64,000 nucleotides of DNA from Anaeromyxobacter sp. (lineage in GTDB: Bacteria > Myxococcota > Myxococcia > Myxococcales > Anaeromyxobacteraceae), in the NCBI GenBank assembly GCA_049840735.1, contig JASGJN010000020.1, positions 416,001 to 480,000 on the forward strand. Direction: 5' to 3'. Below the pieces are notes generated by a model that saw only the letters and a program-made list of their open reading frames with translations, ran no database searches and was not told where the DNA came from. Both the position numbers and the translations under genes were made by a program. The number at the start of each line of letters is the position of its first letter. Positions within the stretch are counted from its first letter, which is position 1. Positions 13,232 through 28,771 of this stretch are shown piece by piece.

Positions 13232-14644
13232 TTGGCGCCCGTGCTCGCGCTGGCCCTCTGCGCCGTCCCCCTCGCGGTGGCCGCCCTGGCGGTCGCCGCG
13301 GCCCGCCCGCTGGGGCGCCCGGAGCGGGCCGTGATCGGCGGCGGGCTGCTGGTGGCCGCGTCCTCGGCGCTGCTCGCGCCGCAGCTCCCGCTCCACGACG
13401 CCTGGGCCCACTACCAGCACCTGCGGGCGGCGCTGGCCGAGCCGGCCCGCCTCCTCGACCCGTGGGACCGGCCTGGGTTCACGCTGGTGTACGCCGGGCC
13501 GGCCGCGCTGGGCTGGACCGCCGCCCGGCTGGCCAGCCTGGCCCCGGCCGCGCTGGCCGCGGTGGCCACCGCCCGCGCCGCCCGGGCGCTGGGGCTGCCG
13601 CGGCCCTGGCTGGTCGCGCTGCTCCTGCTGGCGCAGCCCGACGTCCTGGGCCAGGCCTCCTCCACCATGACCGAGCTGCCCGCGGCCGCGGCGCTTGCGG
13701 TGGCGGCCTGGGGCTGGGCCGAGCGGCGCAGCGGGCTCTGCGCCGCGGGGCTGGGCTGGCTGGGCGTGGCACGGCCGGAGGGCGCGCTGCTGGCGGGGCT
13801 GGGCGCGCTGGGGCTCTGGCTGCGCCCCCCCGCGTCGGGCGAGCCGCGGGTGCCGCCGCCGCGGCGGCTGGCTCCGGCCGCGCTGGCGCTGGCCCCGCTC
13901 CTGCTCCACGCCGCGGTGGGCGGCGCGCTGGCCGGCGATCCGCTCTGGATCGTCCGGGCCAACCCGTACCGCGGGCTGGTGGGGCTGCGGCTGGAGGCGG
14001 CGCAGGTGCTGGACAGCTTCTTCGTGGAGGCGCTCCGGCGCGGCCAGCCGCCGGCGCTGCTGGTCCTGGAGGCGGCCGGGGCGGCGGCGGCGCTGGCGGG
14101 CGCGCCCCCGCGCTGCCGGTTCCTGCTGCCGCCGCTGGCCGCCTGCGCGCTGGTGCTGACCTTCGCCCGCATCGGCCCCAGCGACGACTGGCGCGAGAGC
14201 CGGTACCTGGTGGCGGTGGCGCCGGCGCTGGCGCTGCTGGCGGCCGAGGGGCTGCCGGCGCTGCTCGCGCGCCTCCCGCGGCTGGCGCCGCCGCTCCTCC
14301 TGGCGCTGGCGGCGCACGGCGCGGCGGGGCTGCTCCTCTGGCACTGGCGCTTCGGGCCGGGATCGCTGCCCGGCGCCGGGCCGGCGCTGGTGGCGCTGCT
14401 GCTGGCCGCTGCGCTGGCGCTGTGGCGCGCGCCCCGGCTCGTCCCGCTCCCCTGCGCGCTGGCGCTGCTGCTGATCCTGCCGGTCGCCGCCGCGCCACCG
14501 GGCGCGCTGGCCCGCCACCGGCTGGAGCCGGATCGCCCGCGGGGCGTGCCGCGCTGGAGCACGCCGCCGCCGGGCGCACGCCGGGTGGGCGAGCCGCCGA
14601 CCCGGCCGCACGCGCGGCCTTCCGCCACGCTCCGAGAGGGATGA
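13232..14644 (+). CDS. Polytopic membrane protein, possibly GT-C-fold glycosyltransferase-like
   Basis: Many hydrophobic segments with D..HY, WDRPGF, TELP, RPEG and RY motifs. Start codon uncertain. Confidence 0.45.
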   Translation: MAPVLALALCAVPLAVAALAVAAARPLGRPERAVIGGGLLVAASSALLAPQLPLHDAWAHYQHLRAALAEPARLLDPWDRPGFTLVYAGPAALGWTAARLASLAPAALAAVATARAARALGLPRPWLVALLLLAQPDVLGQASSTMTELPAAAALAVAAWGWAERRSGLCAAGLGWLGVARPEGALLAGLGALGLWLRPPASGEPRVPPPRRLAPAALALAPLLLHAAVGGALAGDPLWIVRANPYRGLVGLRLEAAQVLDSFFVEALRRGQPPALLVLEAAGAAAALAGAPPRCRFLLPPLAACALVLTFARIGPSDDWRESRYLVAVAPALALLAAEGLPALLARLPRLAPPLLLALAAHGAAGLLLWHWRFGPGSLPGAGPALVALLLAAALALWRAPRLVPLPCALALLLILPVAAAPPGALARHRLEPDRPRGVPRWSTPPPGARRVGEPPTRPHARPSATLREG

Positions 14645-14747
14645 ACGGTTGGTGAACGGATCCCGGGGGCCCCCTCCGCCGTGCGGCGGGACACCCCGGC
14701 GCGCGTCCGACGCGGCGCGGCTAGGGCGGAAAAACCGCCGCGAACTC

Positions 14748-14787
14748 CAAACGATCGTTTGCCGAGCGAGGGCCGCCTGGTTAAACG
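14748..14787 (+). promoter_or_regulatory. Putative sigma70 promoter of aceEF with overlapping palindromic operator
   Basis: Perfect palindrome CAAACGATCGTTTG (14748-14761) overlaps TTGCCG-17 nt-TAAACG. Confidence 0.55.
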
Positions 14788-14833
14788 TGCGGCACCCCGA
14801 AACCGACCGCGAGAGCGAGACGAGAGCGCACGA

Positions 14834-17491
<2,658 letters not shown>

Positions 17492-17510
17492 CGCGCGGGG
17501 AACCGACAAG

Positions 17511-19163
17511 ATGAGCACCATCGAGGTGAAGATCCCCGCCATCGGGGACTACAAGGACGTCCCGGTCATCGAGGTCCTGGTGAAGCCGGGCGACGCCGTG
17601 AAGGCCAACGACTCGATCCTGACGCTCGAGTCGGAGAAGGCCACCATGGACGTCCCCGCGCCCGCCCAGGGCGTGGTGCGCGAGCTCCGCGTCAAGGTGG
17701 GCGACCGGGTCGGCGAGGGCGCCATCGTGGCGCTGCTGGAGCCGGGCGACGGCGCCGCGCGCGCGGCCCCGCCGGCGGCCCCCGCGGCCCAGAAGGCGGC
17801 GCCCACCGCCGCCCCTGCCCCGGCCCCCGCGCCGGCGGCCCCGGCGGCCGCCAGGCCCGCGGCGGCCGCCGCCTCCCAGCGGCTGGAGGTCGTGGTCCCG
17901 AGCATCGGCGACTACAAGGACGTGCCGGTGATCGAGGTGCACGTCGCGCCCGGCGCCACCGTCGACGTCAACGGCCCGCTCCTCACGCTGGAGTCGGAGA
18001 AGGCCACCATGGACGTGCCCGCGCCGGCCAAGGGCGTGGTGCGCGAGGTGCTGGTCAAGGTCGGCGACCGCGTGGGCGAGGGGCGCGTGGTGGTGGTGCT
18101 GGAGACCGCCGGAGCGCCCGCCGCGGCCCCGGCCCCCAGCGCGCCGCCCCCGGCCGCTCCGGCGCCGCAGCCTGCAGCCCAGGCGGCCCCGGCCGCCCCG
18201 CGCCCGCCGCCCTCCGCCCGCGCCGACCGCGCGCCGGCCGCGGAGGCCGAGGGCGGCCGCAAGATCACCCACGCCTCGCCCTCGGTCCGCAAGTTCGCCC
18301 GCGAGCTGGGCGTGGACCTGGCGCAGGTGGACGGCTCCGGCCCGCGCGGCCGCGTGGTCCGCGAGGACGTGCAGAAGTTCGTGAAGGAGAGCCTCTCCGG
18401 CGCCCGCCCCGGCGCCGGCGGCGGCGCGGGGCTGGACCTCCTGCCCTGGCCCAAGGTGGACTTCGCGAAGTTCGGGCCGGTGGAGAGCCAGCCGCTCTCG
18501 CGCATCAAGAAGCTCTCCCGCGCCAATCTCTGGCGCAACTGGGTGATGATCCCGCACGTCACCCAGCACGAGGAGGCCGACATCACCGACCTCGAGGCCT
18601 TCCGCGTGGAGCTGAACCGCGAGGCCGCGAAGGAGGGCACCAAGCTCACGCTGCTGGCCTTCGCGGTGAAGGCGGTGGTGGCCGCGCTCCGGAAGTACCC
18701 GGAGTTCAACGCCTCGCTGGACGGCGACCAGCTGGTCCTCAAGCGCTACTTCAACATCGGCTTCGCGGCCGACACGCCCAGCGGCCTGGTGGTCCCGGTC
18801 ATCAAGAACGCCGACCAGAAGGGCGTGCTGGAGATCGCCCGCGAGATGGGCGAGCTCGCGGCGAAGGCGCGCGAGGGCAAGCTGCGCGGCGAGGACATGC
18901 AGGGCGGCTGCTTCTCCATCTCCAGCCTGGGCGGCATCGGCGGCACGTTCTTCACGCCCATCATCAACGCGCCCGAGGTGGCCATCCTGGGCCTGTCCCG
19001 GTCCACCACCAAGCCGGTGTGGGACGGCGAGAAGTTCCAGCCGCGGCTGACGCTGCCGCTCTCGCTCTCCTACGACCACCGCGTCATCGACGGCGCGGCC
19101 GCCGCCCGCTTCGTCACCTACCTGGGCAACGTCCTCAAGGACATGCGCCGGGCCATGCTGTAG
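17511..19163 (+). CDS. aceF: Dihydrolipoyllysine acetyltransferase E2 with two lipoyl domains
   Basis: Two LESEKATMDVP lipoyl motifs, HASPSVRKFARELGV, and SYDHRVIDGA. Confidence 0.97.
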   Translation: MSTIEVKIPAIGDYKDVPVIEVLVKPGDAVKANDSILTLESEKATMDVPAPAQGVVRELRVKVGDRVGEGAIVALLEPGDGAARAAPPAAPAAQKAAPTAAPAPAPAPAAPAAARPAAAAASQRLEVVVPSIGDYKDVPVIEVHVAPGATVDVNGPLLTLESEKATMDVPAPAKGVVREVLVKVGDRVGEGRVVVVLETAGAPAAAPAPSAPPPAAPAPQPAAQAAPAAPRPPPSARADRAPAAEAEGGRKITHASPSVRKFARELGVDLAQVDGSGPRGRVVREDVQKFVKESLSGARPGAGGGAGLDLLPWPKVDFAKFGPVESQPLSRIKKLSRANLWRNWVMIPHVTQHEEADITDLEAFRVELNREAAKEGTKLTLLAFAVKAVVAALRKYPEFNASLDGDQLVLKRYFNIGFAADTPSGLVVPVIKNADQKGVLEIAREMGELAAKAREGKLRGEDMQGGCFSISSLGGIGGTFFTPIINAPEVAILGLSRSTTKPVWDGEKFQPRLTLPLSLSYDHRVIDGAAAARFVTYLGNVLKDMRRAML

Positions 19164-19306
19164 CGCGCCTCCGTCCGCCCGCCCGTGTTCACCCACGGGC
19201 GGGCGCGACCAGAGGCCGCGCCCGTGTCACGGCCGAACCGGTCCAGTGTCTCTCCCTGGATGCCTCCCTGCCCGCCACCCCCGGCGCCGCCGCGTCGCCG
19301 CGCGCC

Positions 19307-20854
19307 ATGATCCCAACCCCCTTCTCCTCCGCGCCGCTCGCCGAGCGCCGCGCCGGCCTGCTGCTCCACCCCAGCTCGCTCCCCGGGCCGCACGGTACGG
19401 GCGACCTGGGCCCGTGGGCTCGCCGCTTCCTCGACTGGGCGGCCGGCGCCGGGGCGACGCTCTGGCAGGTGCTGCCGCTCTGCCCGCCGGGCGGCCCCTA
19501 CGCCGACTGCCCCTACGCCAGCTGGTCGGCCCTGGCGGGGAACCCCGCCCTGCTCTCGCTGGAGGACCTCCAGGCCGACGGGCTGCTCGAGGCCGGCGAC
19601 CTGGCCGGCGCCTTCCCCGAGGGGACGCTGGACGTGGGCGACGGGCGCGCGTGGAAGGCGGCGCGCCTGGCCCGCGCCGCCGACCGGCTGCTGGCCGATC
19701 CGCGCCACCCGCTGGCGCCGGCGCTGGCCCGGTTCCGCGCCGGCGCCGCCTGGGCGGAGGACACCGCGCTCTTCGCCGCGCTCAAGGCCCACCACGGCGG
19801 CGCGCCCTGGTGGCGCTGGGAGCGGCCGCTGCGGGATCGCGCCCCGGCCGCGCTGCGCGAGGCCCACCGCGAGCTGGCGGCGGAGGTGGACCGCGAGGTG
19901 GCGCTGCAGTTCCTGTTCGAGCGGCAGTGGGCGGCGCTGCGCGCCCACGCCCGCGCCCGCGGGATCCGCGTCCTGGGCGACGTGCCCATCTACGTGCTGC
20001 ACGACAGCGCCGACGTCTGGGCCGCGCCGGCCGGGTTCCGGCTGGCCGAGGACGGCACGCTGCTGGCCGTGAGCGGGTGCCCGCCGGACGAGTTCACCGC
20101 CGACGGGCAGCTCTGGGGAGGCCCCATCTACGACTGGGAGCGGATGGCGGCGGACGACTTCGGCTGGTGGCGCGCCCGCCTGGCGCGCGCGCTCGAGCAC
20201 GCCGACGTGGTCCGGATCGACCACTTCCGCGCGCTGGCGGCGCACTGGGAGATCCCGGCCGGCGCGCGCACGGCGCGCGAGGGGCGGTGGGTGGGCGGCC
20301 CGGGGCTGCGGCTGTTCCAGGCGCTGGCGCGCCACCTCGGCCCGCTCCCGCTCTGCGTGGAGGACCTGGGCGCCATCGACGACGAGGTCATCGCGCTGCG
20401 CGAGGCCACCGGCTTCCCGGGCATGCGCATCCTGCACTACGCGTTCGGCGGCGGCCCGGACAACCCGCACCTGCCGCACAACCACCCCGAGAACGCCATC
20501 GCCTACCCGGCCAACCACGACAACGACACCACCACCGGCTGGTGGAGCACGCTGGCGCCGCACACCCGGGCCCACGCGCAGCTCTACCTGGGCCGGCACG
20601 GCGACGACATCGCCTGGGACCTCGTCCGCGCCGCGCTGGCCTCGCCGGCGCGCACCGCGGTGGTGCAGGTGCAGGATCTCCTGGCGCTGGGGAGCGAGGC
20701 GCGCATGAACGAGCCAGCCTCGTACGCGCGCCCCATGGAGACCTGGCGCAACTGGCGCTGGCGGCTGCGGCCCGAGCAGCTGGACGGGTTCGCTGCCCGG
20801 CGGTTCAGGCAGCTGGCGGCGCTCTACGGGCGCCTTCCGCCCGGCCAGGGCTGA
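19307..20854 (+). CDS. malQ: 4-alpha-glucanotransferase (GH77)
   Basis: RRAGLLLHPSSLPG, WQVLPL, GDVPIYV, RIDHFR, VEDLG, HDNDT. Confidence 0.93.
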   Translation: MIPTPFSSAPLAERRAGLLLHPSSLPGPHGTGDLGPWARRFLDWAAGAGATLWQVLPLCPPGGPYADCPYASWSALAGNPALLSLEDLQADGLLEAGDLAGAFPEGTLDVGDGRAWKAARLARAADRLLADPRHPLAPALARFRAGAAWAEDTALFAALKAHHGGAPWWRWERPLRDRAPAALREAHRELAAEVDREVALQFLFERQWAALRAHARARGIRVLGDVPIYVLHDSADVWAAPAGFRLAEDGTLLAVSGCPPDEFTADGQLWGGPIYDWERMAADDFGWWRARLARALEHADVVRIDHFRALAAHWEIPAGARTAREGRWVGGPGLRLFQALARHLGPLPLCVEDLGAIDDEVIALREATGFPGMRILHYAFGGGPDNPHLPHNHPENAIAYPANHDNDTTTGWWSTLAPHTRAHAQLYLGRHGDDIAWDLVRAALASPARTAVVQVQDLLALGSEARMNEPASYARPMETWRNWRWRLRPEQLDGFAARRFRQLAALYGRLPPGQG

Positions 20855-21274
20855 CCTTCACCTACATCGAGACCGTCAGAATCCCTGCGCGCAATCGTCG
20901 CGCGCCCGATCGCGCGCGCGCAAAGCTGGCGCACCCTGGCTGGTGGGGTCTGCGGACTGGGTGAAATGCCCCACCGCTGGCTGGTGCAACCGCTGCGCAG
21001 GCGCCGGGTGATCCCACCCACCGGGCCCGGGGGGCTGATCCGCTCAACCCTCCGGTATCGCTCCTGACCGTCCGTCCGGGCGCCGATCGAACGTCGGGCT
21101 GCACGTGCCCCCGCCCCCCATGTGAGGGACGCTGCGTCAAAGAAGCCGCCCGCCGCTGATGCCCGACCGACCCGGGGAGCCGGGCCCGCCTCGGGTTGGC
21201 TTCGTTCTTCCATACCGCCCGCGGGTCAAGGGAGCAGACCTGCTCCGAAACGACTGGCGGGAGACGAGGGAAAG

Positions 21275-23626
21275 ATGATCCGGATCAAGAGCGGATGGGG
21301 TGCGGTACTGGCCGCGACGTTGTTCGCGCTGACCGCATGTTCCGACGGCAAGGACGGGGCGATCGGCGCCAGCGGTCCGACGGGCCCCACGGGCCCGACG
21401 GGCGACACGGGCCCGACCGGCCCGACGGGTCCCACGGGCCCGGTGGTCCCCACTGATGTGACCGCGATGCAGGTGACCATCGACCAGGTGGAGAACACCC
21501 AGGCGCTGGTCGGCACGCGCGTGGTCTTCACGGTGAAGGACCAGGACGGCAACGCGCTCGAGGCGCTGCCCAGCGGCGTCAGCGTCTACGCCATCGTCGC
21601 CAAGCTGCAGGCCGACGGCACCTGGAAGAGCTACATCAGCCGGGTCCAGAACGGGTCCACCACCGACTCCCTGGGCAACACCTACGTCCCGGTGCTGCCG
21701 CAGGCCGTCCAGGCCAACACCCAGAACGTCACCTCCGGCGTGGTCGCGATGGGCGAGGGCATGTTCCACGTCGACATCGCCGCCGCCGGCACCACGGTGG
21801 ACCCGGTGGAGTACGAGCCGACCCGCACGCACCGCGTGGCGCTCGAGATCCGCGGCAACGGGCAGCCGGACGTGAACGCCGTGAAGGACTACGTCCCGGC
21901 CGATCCGACCGCCGCCCCGACGGTCACCCGCAACATCGTGGCCACCGAGACCTGCAAGTCCTGCCACGCGACCACCTTCTCGTTCCACGGTGGCCACCGC
22001 TACCTGGCCGAGTACTGCGTCACCTGCCACAACCCCGGCACGGTGGACCCGGACGGCGGCTGGAGCCTGGACATGCCGGTGATGACGCACCGGATCCACG
22101 GCGGTGAGGAGCTGGCGGCCGGCTTCACGGCCAAGGGCTACACCGTCTACGGCTACGGCAACACCAAGTACGACTTCTCCGAGGTCGCCTACCCGATGCA
22201 GCTCACCAGCTGCACCAAGTGCCACTCGGCCAGCGACGCCACCCCGGATGGCGACAACTGGAAGGCGAACGCCAACGCGGCCGCCTGCTCCAGCTGCCAC
22301 ATCGACTACGGCCTCGACCTGACCAGCCATCACGGCAACGGCGACGTGACCGAGATGGCCTGCACGGGCTGCCACGGCGCGAACGCGGTGGCCAACTACC
22401 ACAAGACCCCGTACTCGACCCCGAACAACCCCGAGCCGAAGGACGGGATGTCCACGTTCGAGTACGTCATCGACAGCGTGACGGTGAACGGGTCCCGCCA
22501 GGCCGTGTTCCGCTTCAAGATCCTGCAGGACGGCCAGGCGGTCACCCTCAACACCTTCGCGGCCGGCGGCACGGTCATCATCAACGGCTTCACCGGCGGC
22601 CCGAGCTTCTACGCCGCGTACGCCATCCCGCAGGGCAACGTCCTGGCCCCGGCCGACTTCAACGGCGCGGCCTCCGGCCTGATCGGCACCAGCCCGCCGA
22701 GCGTGTCGCTGACCAACCTCTGGAACGGCACGCAGGGCTCCCTGGTCGCCGACACCGACGGCTTCTACGTCGCCACCCTGAACGGCTCCGCCGGCGCCGC
22801 GGTCCTCCCGGCCACGGCGAAGATGGTCACGGGCGTCATGATCGGCTCCTTCACCCAGACCAACGGTGAAGCGGCGATGAACTACGACTTCAACCACGAC
22901 GGCGACACGGCCGACGCGGTGCTCGCCATCAGCAAGTCGGTGAAGAAGGTGGCCACCGGCTACACCGGCCGCCGGCAGATCATCTCCGACGCCAAGTGCA
23001 ACAGCTGCCACGAGCAGCTCGGCATCACCCCGAGCTTCCACGGCAGCGTGCGCAACGACGCCGACACCTGCAACGTCTGCCACAACCCCGTCCGCAACAG
23101 CTCGTCCTGGTCCAGCGGCTACAAGGACTTCGTCCACTCGCTCCACGCGGCCGGCGTCCGCAACTACCAGTTCGGCTGGCACGCGGACCTGCAGTACTGG
23201 AACGTGGGCTATCCGAACGGCGTGAGCGACTGCACCGCCTGCCACCTGGACGGCACGTTCGACTACAGCAAGGTCTCGGAGGCGACGCTGACCAGCATGC
23301 TCCCGAGCACGGGCTCGTCGTCGAACTACGTCTCGAACCAGCCGGGCGGCTCTGCGCCTGCGACCCCGCCGGCCGTCGCGTCGCACTACCTGCCGACGCC
23401 GCTCGGTGACTGGGCGGACGTGGGCACGGACAAGTCGAACAACCTGGTGATCTCGCCCGTGACCGCCGCCTGCCTCGGCTGCCACGACAGCGAGGCCGCG
23501 GTGTCCCACTTCCGTACGCAGGGCGGCTCCGTGTACGCGAAGCGGAGCCTCGCTGGCGCTGAGGCCTGCCTGGCCTGCCACGGCCCGGGCAAGGACTTCG
23601 CCATCGCCAAGATGCACGGGCAGTAG
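21275..23626 (+). CDS. OmcA/MtrC-family decaheme c-type cytochrome lipoprotein
   Basis: Lipobox LTAC, collagen-like (GPT)n linker, and exactly 10 CxxCH motifs in two blocks of five separated by a heme-free domain. Confidence 0.92.
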   Translation: MIRIKSGWGAVLAATLFALTACSDGKDGAIGASGPTGPTGPTGDTGPTGPTGPTGPVVPTDVTAMQVTIDQVENTQALVGTRVVFTVKDQDGNALEALPSGVSVYAIVAKLQADGTWKSYISRVQNGSTTDSLGNTYVPVLPQAVQANTQNVTSGVVAMGEGMFHVDIAAAGTTVDPVEYEPTRTHRVALEIRGNGQPDVNAVKDYVPADPTAAPTVTRNIVATETCKSCHATTFSFHGGHRYLAEYCVTCHNPGTVDPDGGWSLDMPVMTHRIHGGEELAAGFTAKGYTVYGYGNTKYDFSEVAYPMQLTSCTKCHSASDATPDGDNWKANANAAACSSCHIDYGLDLTSHHGNGDVTEMACTGCHGANAVANYHKTPYSTPNNPEPKDGMSTFEYVIDSVTVNGSRQAVFRFKILQDGQAVTLNTFAAGGTVIINGFTGGPSFYAAYAIPQGNVLAPADFNGAASGLIGTSPPSVSLTNLWNGTQGSLVADTDGFYVATLNGSAGAAVLPATAKMVTGVMIGSFTQTNGEAAMNYDFNHDGDTADAVLAISKSVKKVATGYTGRRQIISDAKCNSCHEQLGITPSFHGSVRNDADTCNVCHNPVRNSSSWSSGYKDFVHSLHAAGVRNYQFGWHADLQYWNVGYPNGVSDCTACHLDGTFDYSKVSEATLTSMLPSTGSSSNYVSNQPGGSAPATPPAVASHYLPTPLGDWADVGTDKSNNLVISPVTAACLGCHDSEAAVSHFRTQGGSVYAKRSLAGAEACLACHGPGKDFAIAKMHGQ

Positions 23627-23663
23627 CACCGCTCCGGGCACGACCCGGTCCCGGTAGAACCCG

Positions 23664-23693
23664 CCGCCCGGCGCGCACCTGCGCGCCGGGCGG
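23664..23693 (+). terminator. GC-rich hairpin after the cytochrome gene
   Basis: CCGCCCGGCGCGC-ACCT-GCGCGCCGGGCGG; weak U tail. Confidence 0.55.
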
Positions 23694-23816
23694 TCCTGCT
23701 TCAGCGGGGAGGACCTGGACACCGCCCCGCGACAGCCGTCCGTGTTCTCCCCGCCTCCGGTGCGCCGGCGGCGCCCAAGCACCTGATTCCACGGGAGCAC
23801 GCCGGCCTGCGAAGCC

Positions 23817-23831
23817 CGGCACGCAGCGTGC
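23817..23831 (+). promoter_or_regulatory. Sigma54 -24/-12 promoter
   Basis: CGGCACG-CAGC-GTGC has exact GG-N10-GC spacing. It lies ~60 nt upstream of the 65-aa ORF and next to a sigma54 activator gene. Confidence 0.7.
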
Positions 23832-23889
23832 GATGCCCTCCGCACGCAGGGACGGACGACCCCGTCCCTGAACCCGAGAGGAGAACCGC

Positions 23890-24087
23890 ATGAAGAACGT
23901 CCTTCGCACCGCCGTCGCCCTCGCCGTCGTCGCCCTCGCCTTCCCCGCCTTCGCCGAGGGCACCGCCCCCGCCGCCGACGCCACCAAGCCGGCCGCGACC
24001 CAGACCAAGGCCAAGAAGCACGCGCACAAGAAGGCCGCCAAGGCTGCGCCCAAGTCCGACGCGGCGACCGCCCCGGCGGCGAAGTAA
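23890..24087 (+). CDS. Small secreted Lys/Ala/His-rich protein (Asr-like composition)
   Basis: GAGGAG RBS, signal peptide ending AFA, mature part KAKKHAHKKAAKAAPK, host-like codon use. Confidence 0.8.
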   Translation: MKNVLRTAVALAVVALAFPAFAEGTAPAADATKPAATQTKAKKHAHKKAAKAAPKSDAATAPAAK

Positions 24088-25729
24088 GCTTCCCCGGGAG
24101 GCGTGCCGGGGGCCGGCCGCGCCTGCGGCCGGTCCCTGGCGTGACCAGGGCCGCAGCGCGGCTGTCCGGAGGGCACGCACGTGACCCGGGAACACATGTC
24201 CCTCCGCGCTCGCATCATCCTGCTGTTCGCCGCGGCGCTGGTCTCGACCCTGGCGGTCGCGGCCTACGTGGGCGAGCGGATCGCCGCCGAGGCGCTGGAG
24301 CGCTCGCTCCGCGACCGGACCGTGGACCTGGCCCGCACCATCGCCGACGAGCTGGCCCTCTCCCCCCGCACCGACGCCGACCGCGCCGCGCGCCAGCTGG
24401 GCGCCATCCTGACCCGGCGGCGCGGGCTCAAGTCGGCGCAGCTGACCTTGCGGAAGGGGACCGGCGTCCAGGTGGTCCACGTCAGCTTCGGGGCCGAGGG
24501 CGCCGAGCTGGACGCGCACATGGTCCCCTCGGCGCCGCTCCCGGTGGAGACCGCCGTGACGCAGGTCGAGGAGGGCGGCGTGCGCGCCTGGCGGGTGGAC
24601 CTACCGCTGCGCGACGCCTCCCGGCGCACCTTCGGCGCCCTGCGGCTCGACGCCGACCTCTCGCAGGCCGAGCAGATCGCCACCACCGAGCGGAGCGCGT
24701 TCTTCGCCGTGGCCGGCGCCGGCGCGGCGCTGCTGGCGCTCCTGCTCACCGCCTTGCTGGGGCGGCTCCTGACCCGGCCGCTCACCCGGCTGGCCGAGGC
24801 GATGGAGGCGGTCGCCTCCGGCGCCATCGACGAGGCCGCCGTGCCCGGCACCGGCCGCACCGACGAGGTGGGGGTGGTGGCGCGCGGGCTCTCCGCCATG
24901 CTGGGGCGCATCCGGCGCTTCAACGGCGAGCTGCAGCGCAGCGTGGACGACGCCACCGCCGACCTGGCGCGCAAGAACCGGCAGCTGGCCGAGGTGAACC
25001 ACGAGCTGGTGGAAGCCCGGCGCGACCTGACCTCCCAGGAGCGCCTGGCGGCGCTGGGGCAGATCTCCGGCACCATCGCACACGAGCTGGGCAACCCGCT
25101 CAACACCATCAGCGGCCACATCCAGCTGCTGGCGCGCGACCCGGCCTGCCCGCCCGAGACCCGCGGCGGGCTGGAGATCGTGGCCGGAGAGGTGAAGCGG
25201 ATGACGGCGGTGATCCGGCGCTTCCTCGACTCCTCGCGCGCGCTGGCGCCGGAGCCGGAGCGGGTCGCGCTCCAGGCGCTGCTGGAGGCGGCGGTGGGGC
25301 TGTCGCTCCCGGCCGACGCGCGCGACCGGCTCGAGGTGACGGTCGTGGTGGCGCCCGAGGTGGCGGAGGTCCGGGTGGATCCGGCCCTGCTGCGCCACGT
25401 GCTGGGCAACCTGGTCACCAACGCGGCGGACGCGATGCCGGAGCGCGGCTCGCTGCGGGTGGAGGCGGCGCGCCAGGGGCAGGAGGTGGCGGTGCGCGTG
25501 ACCGACACCGGCGGCGGCATCGGCGCCGAGGACCGCCGCCGCATCTTCGAGCCCTTCTTCACCACCAAGCCGCGCGGCAAGGGCACCGGCCTGGGGCTGG
25601 CCATCTCCCGCGAGATCGCCACCGCGCTGCACGGGCGGATCGAGGTGGAGAGCGCGCCCGGCCTGGGCTCCACCTTCACCCTCACCTTCCCCGAGGCGCC
25701 CGCGGCGGCGACCCGGAACGGAGCGGTCG

Positions 25730-28387
<2,658 letters not shown>

Positions 28388-28684
28388 GACGTGCACCTCC
28401 AGCAGGTGCAGCCATCTTAAGCCCGGATCTCGAGTCGCTCGCCGAGGCCCCTGGCGCCTCGCAGGAGCAGAGATTCTCGACAGCCCATCTCCGCTCCCTC
28501 ACGGACCTTCTGGCGAACCGCAGGGATCGCGCGGAGCGCTGCAGGAGAGCCGTTTCCCGCTGCACTGCACCGCGAAAGCCGCGTCGCGCCAGATTCACGT
28601 CAAGCGAAATCCGTCGAGTGCCGCCACCACGCCCCACTTGCGTGGCTCCGCCGCGCCCGCGTTCCGGCATCTGGCTGCGACTCC

Positions 28685-28713
28685 GCCTGCCCTGAGCTTG
28701 TCGAAGGGCTCAG
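28685..28713. repeat. REP-like core GCCTGCCCTGAGCTTGTCGAAGGG
   Basis: Shares the CCCTGAGC...GTCGAAGGG arms with the element at 5503-5551 and forms a CTGAGC/GCTCAG stem. Confidence 0.65.
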
Positions 28714-28771
28714 CCCGACCGGACGCCCACGATCATCAGTAATGACATGACCCCACCTCGACTAGGATCCT

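Noticed and set aside
17511..18120. Internal ~230-bp direct repeat in aceF
   Set aside because: Ordinary duplicated lipoyl domains.
19163..19307. Missing lpdA after aceEF as an anomaly
   Set aside because: E3 is often encoded elsewhere and shared; this cannot be judged from one window.
20855..21274. Riboswitch or sigma54 promoter upstream of the decaheme cytochrome
   Set aside because: Hairpins and a GG-N10-GC spacing (~20982) exist, but I could not match a cyclic-dinucleotide riboswitch consensus and the promoter core is poor. An Rfam scan would decide.
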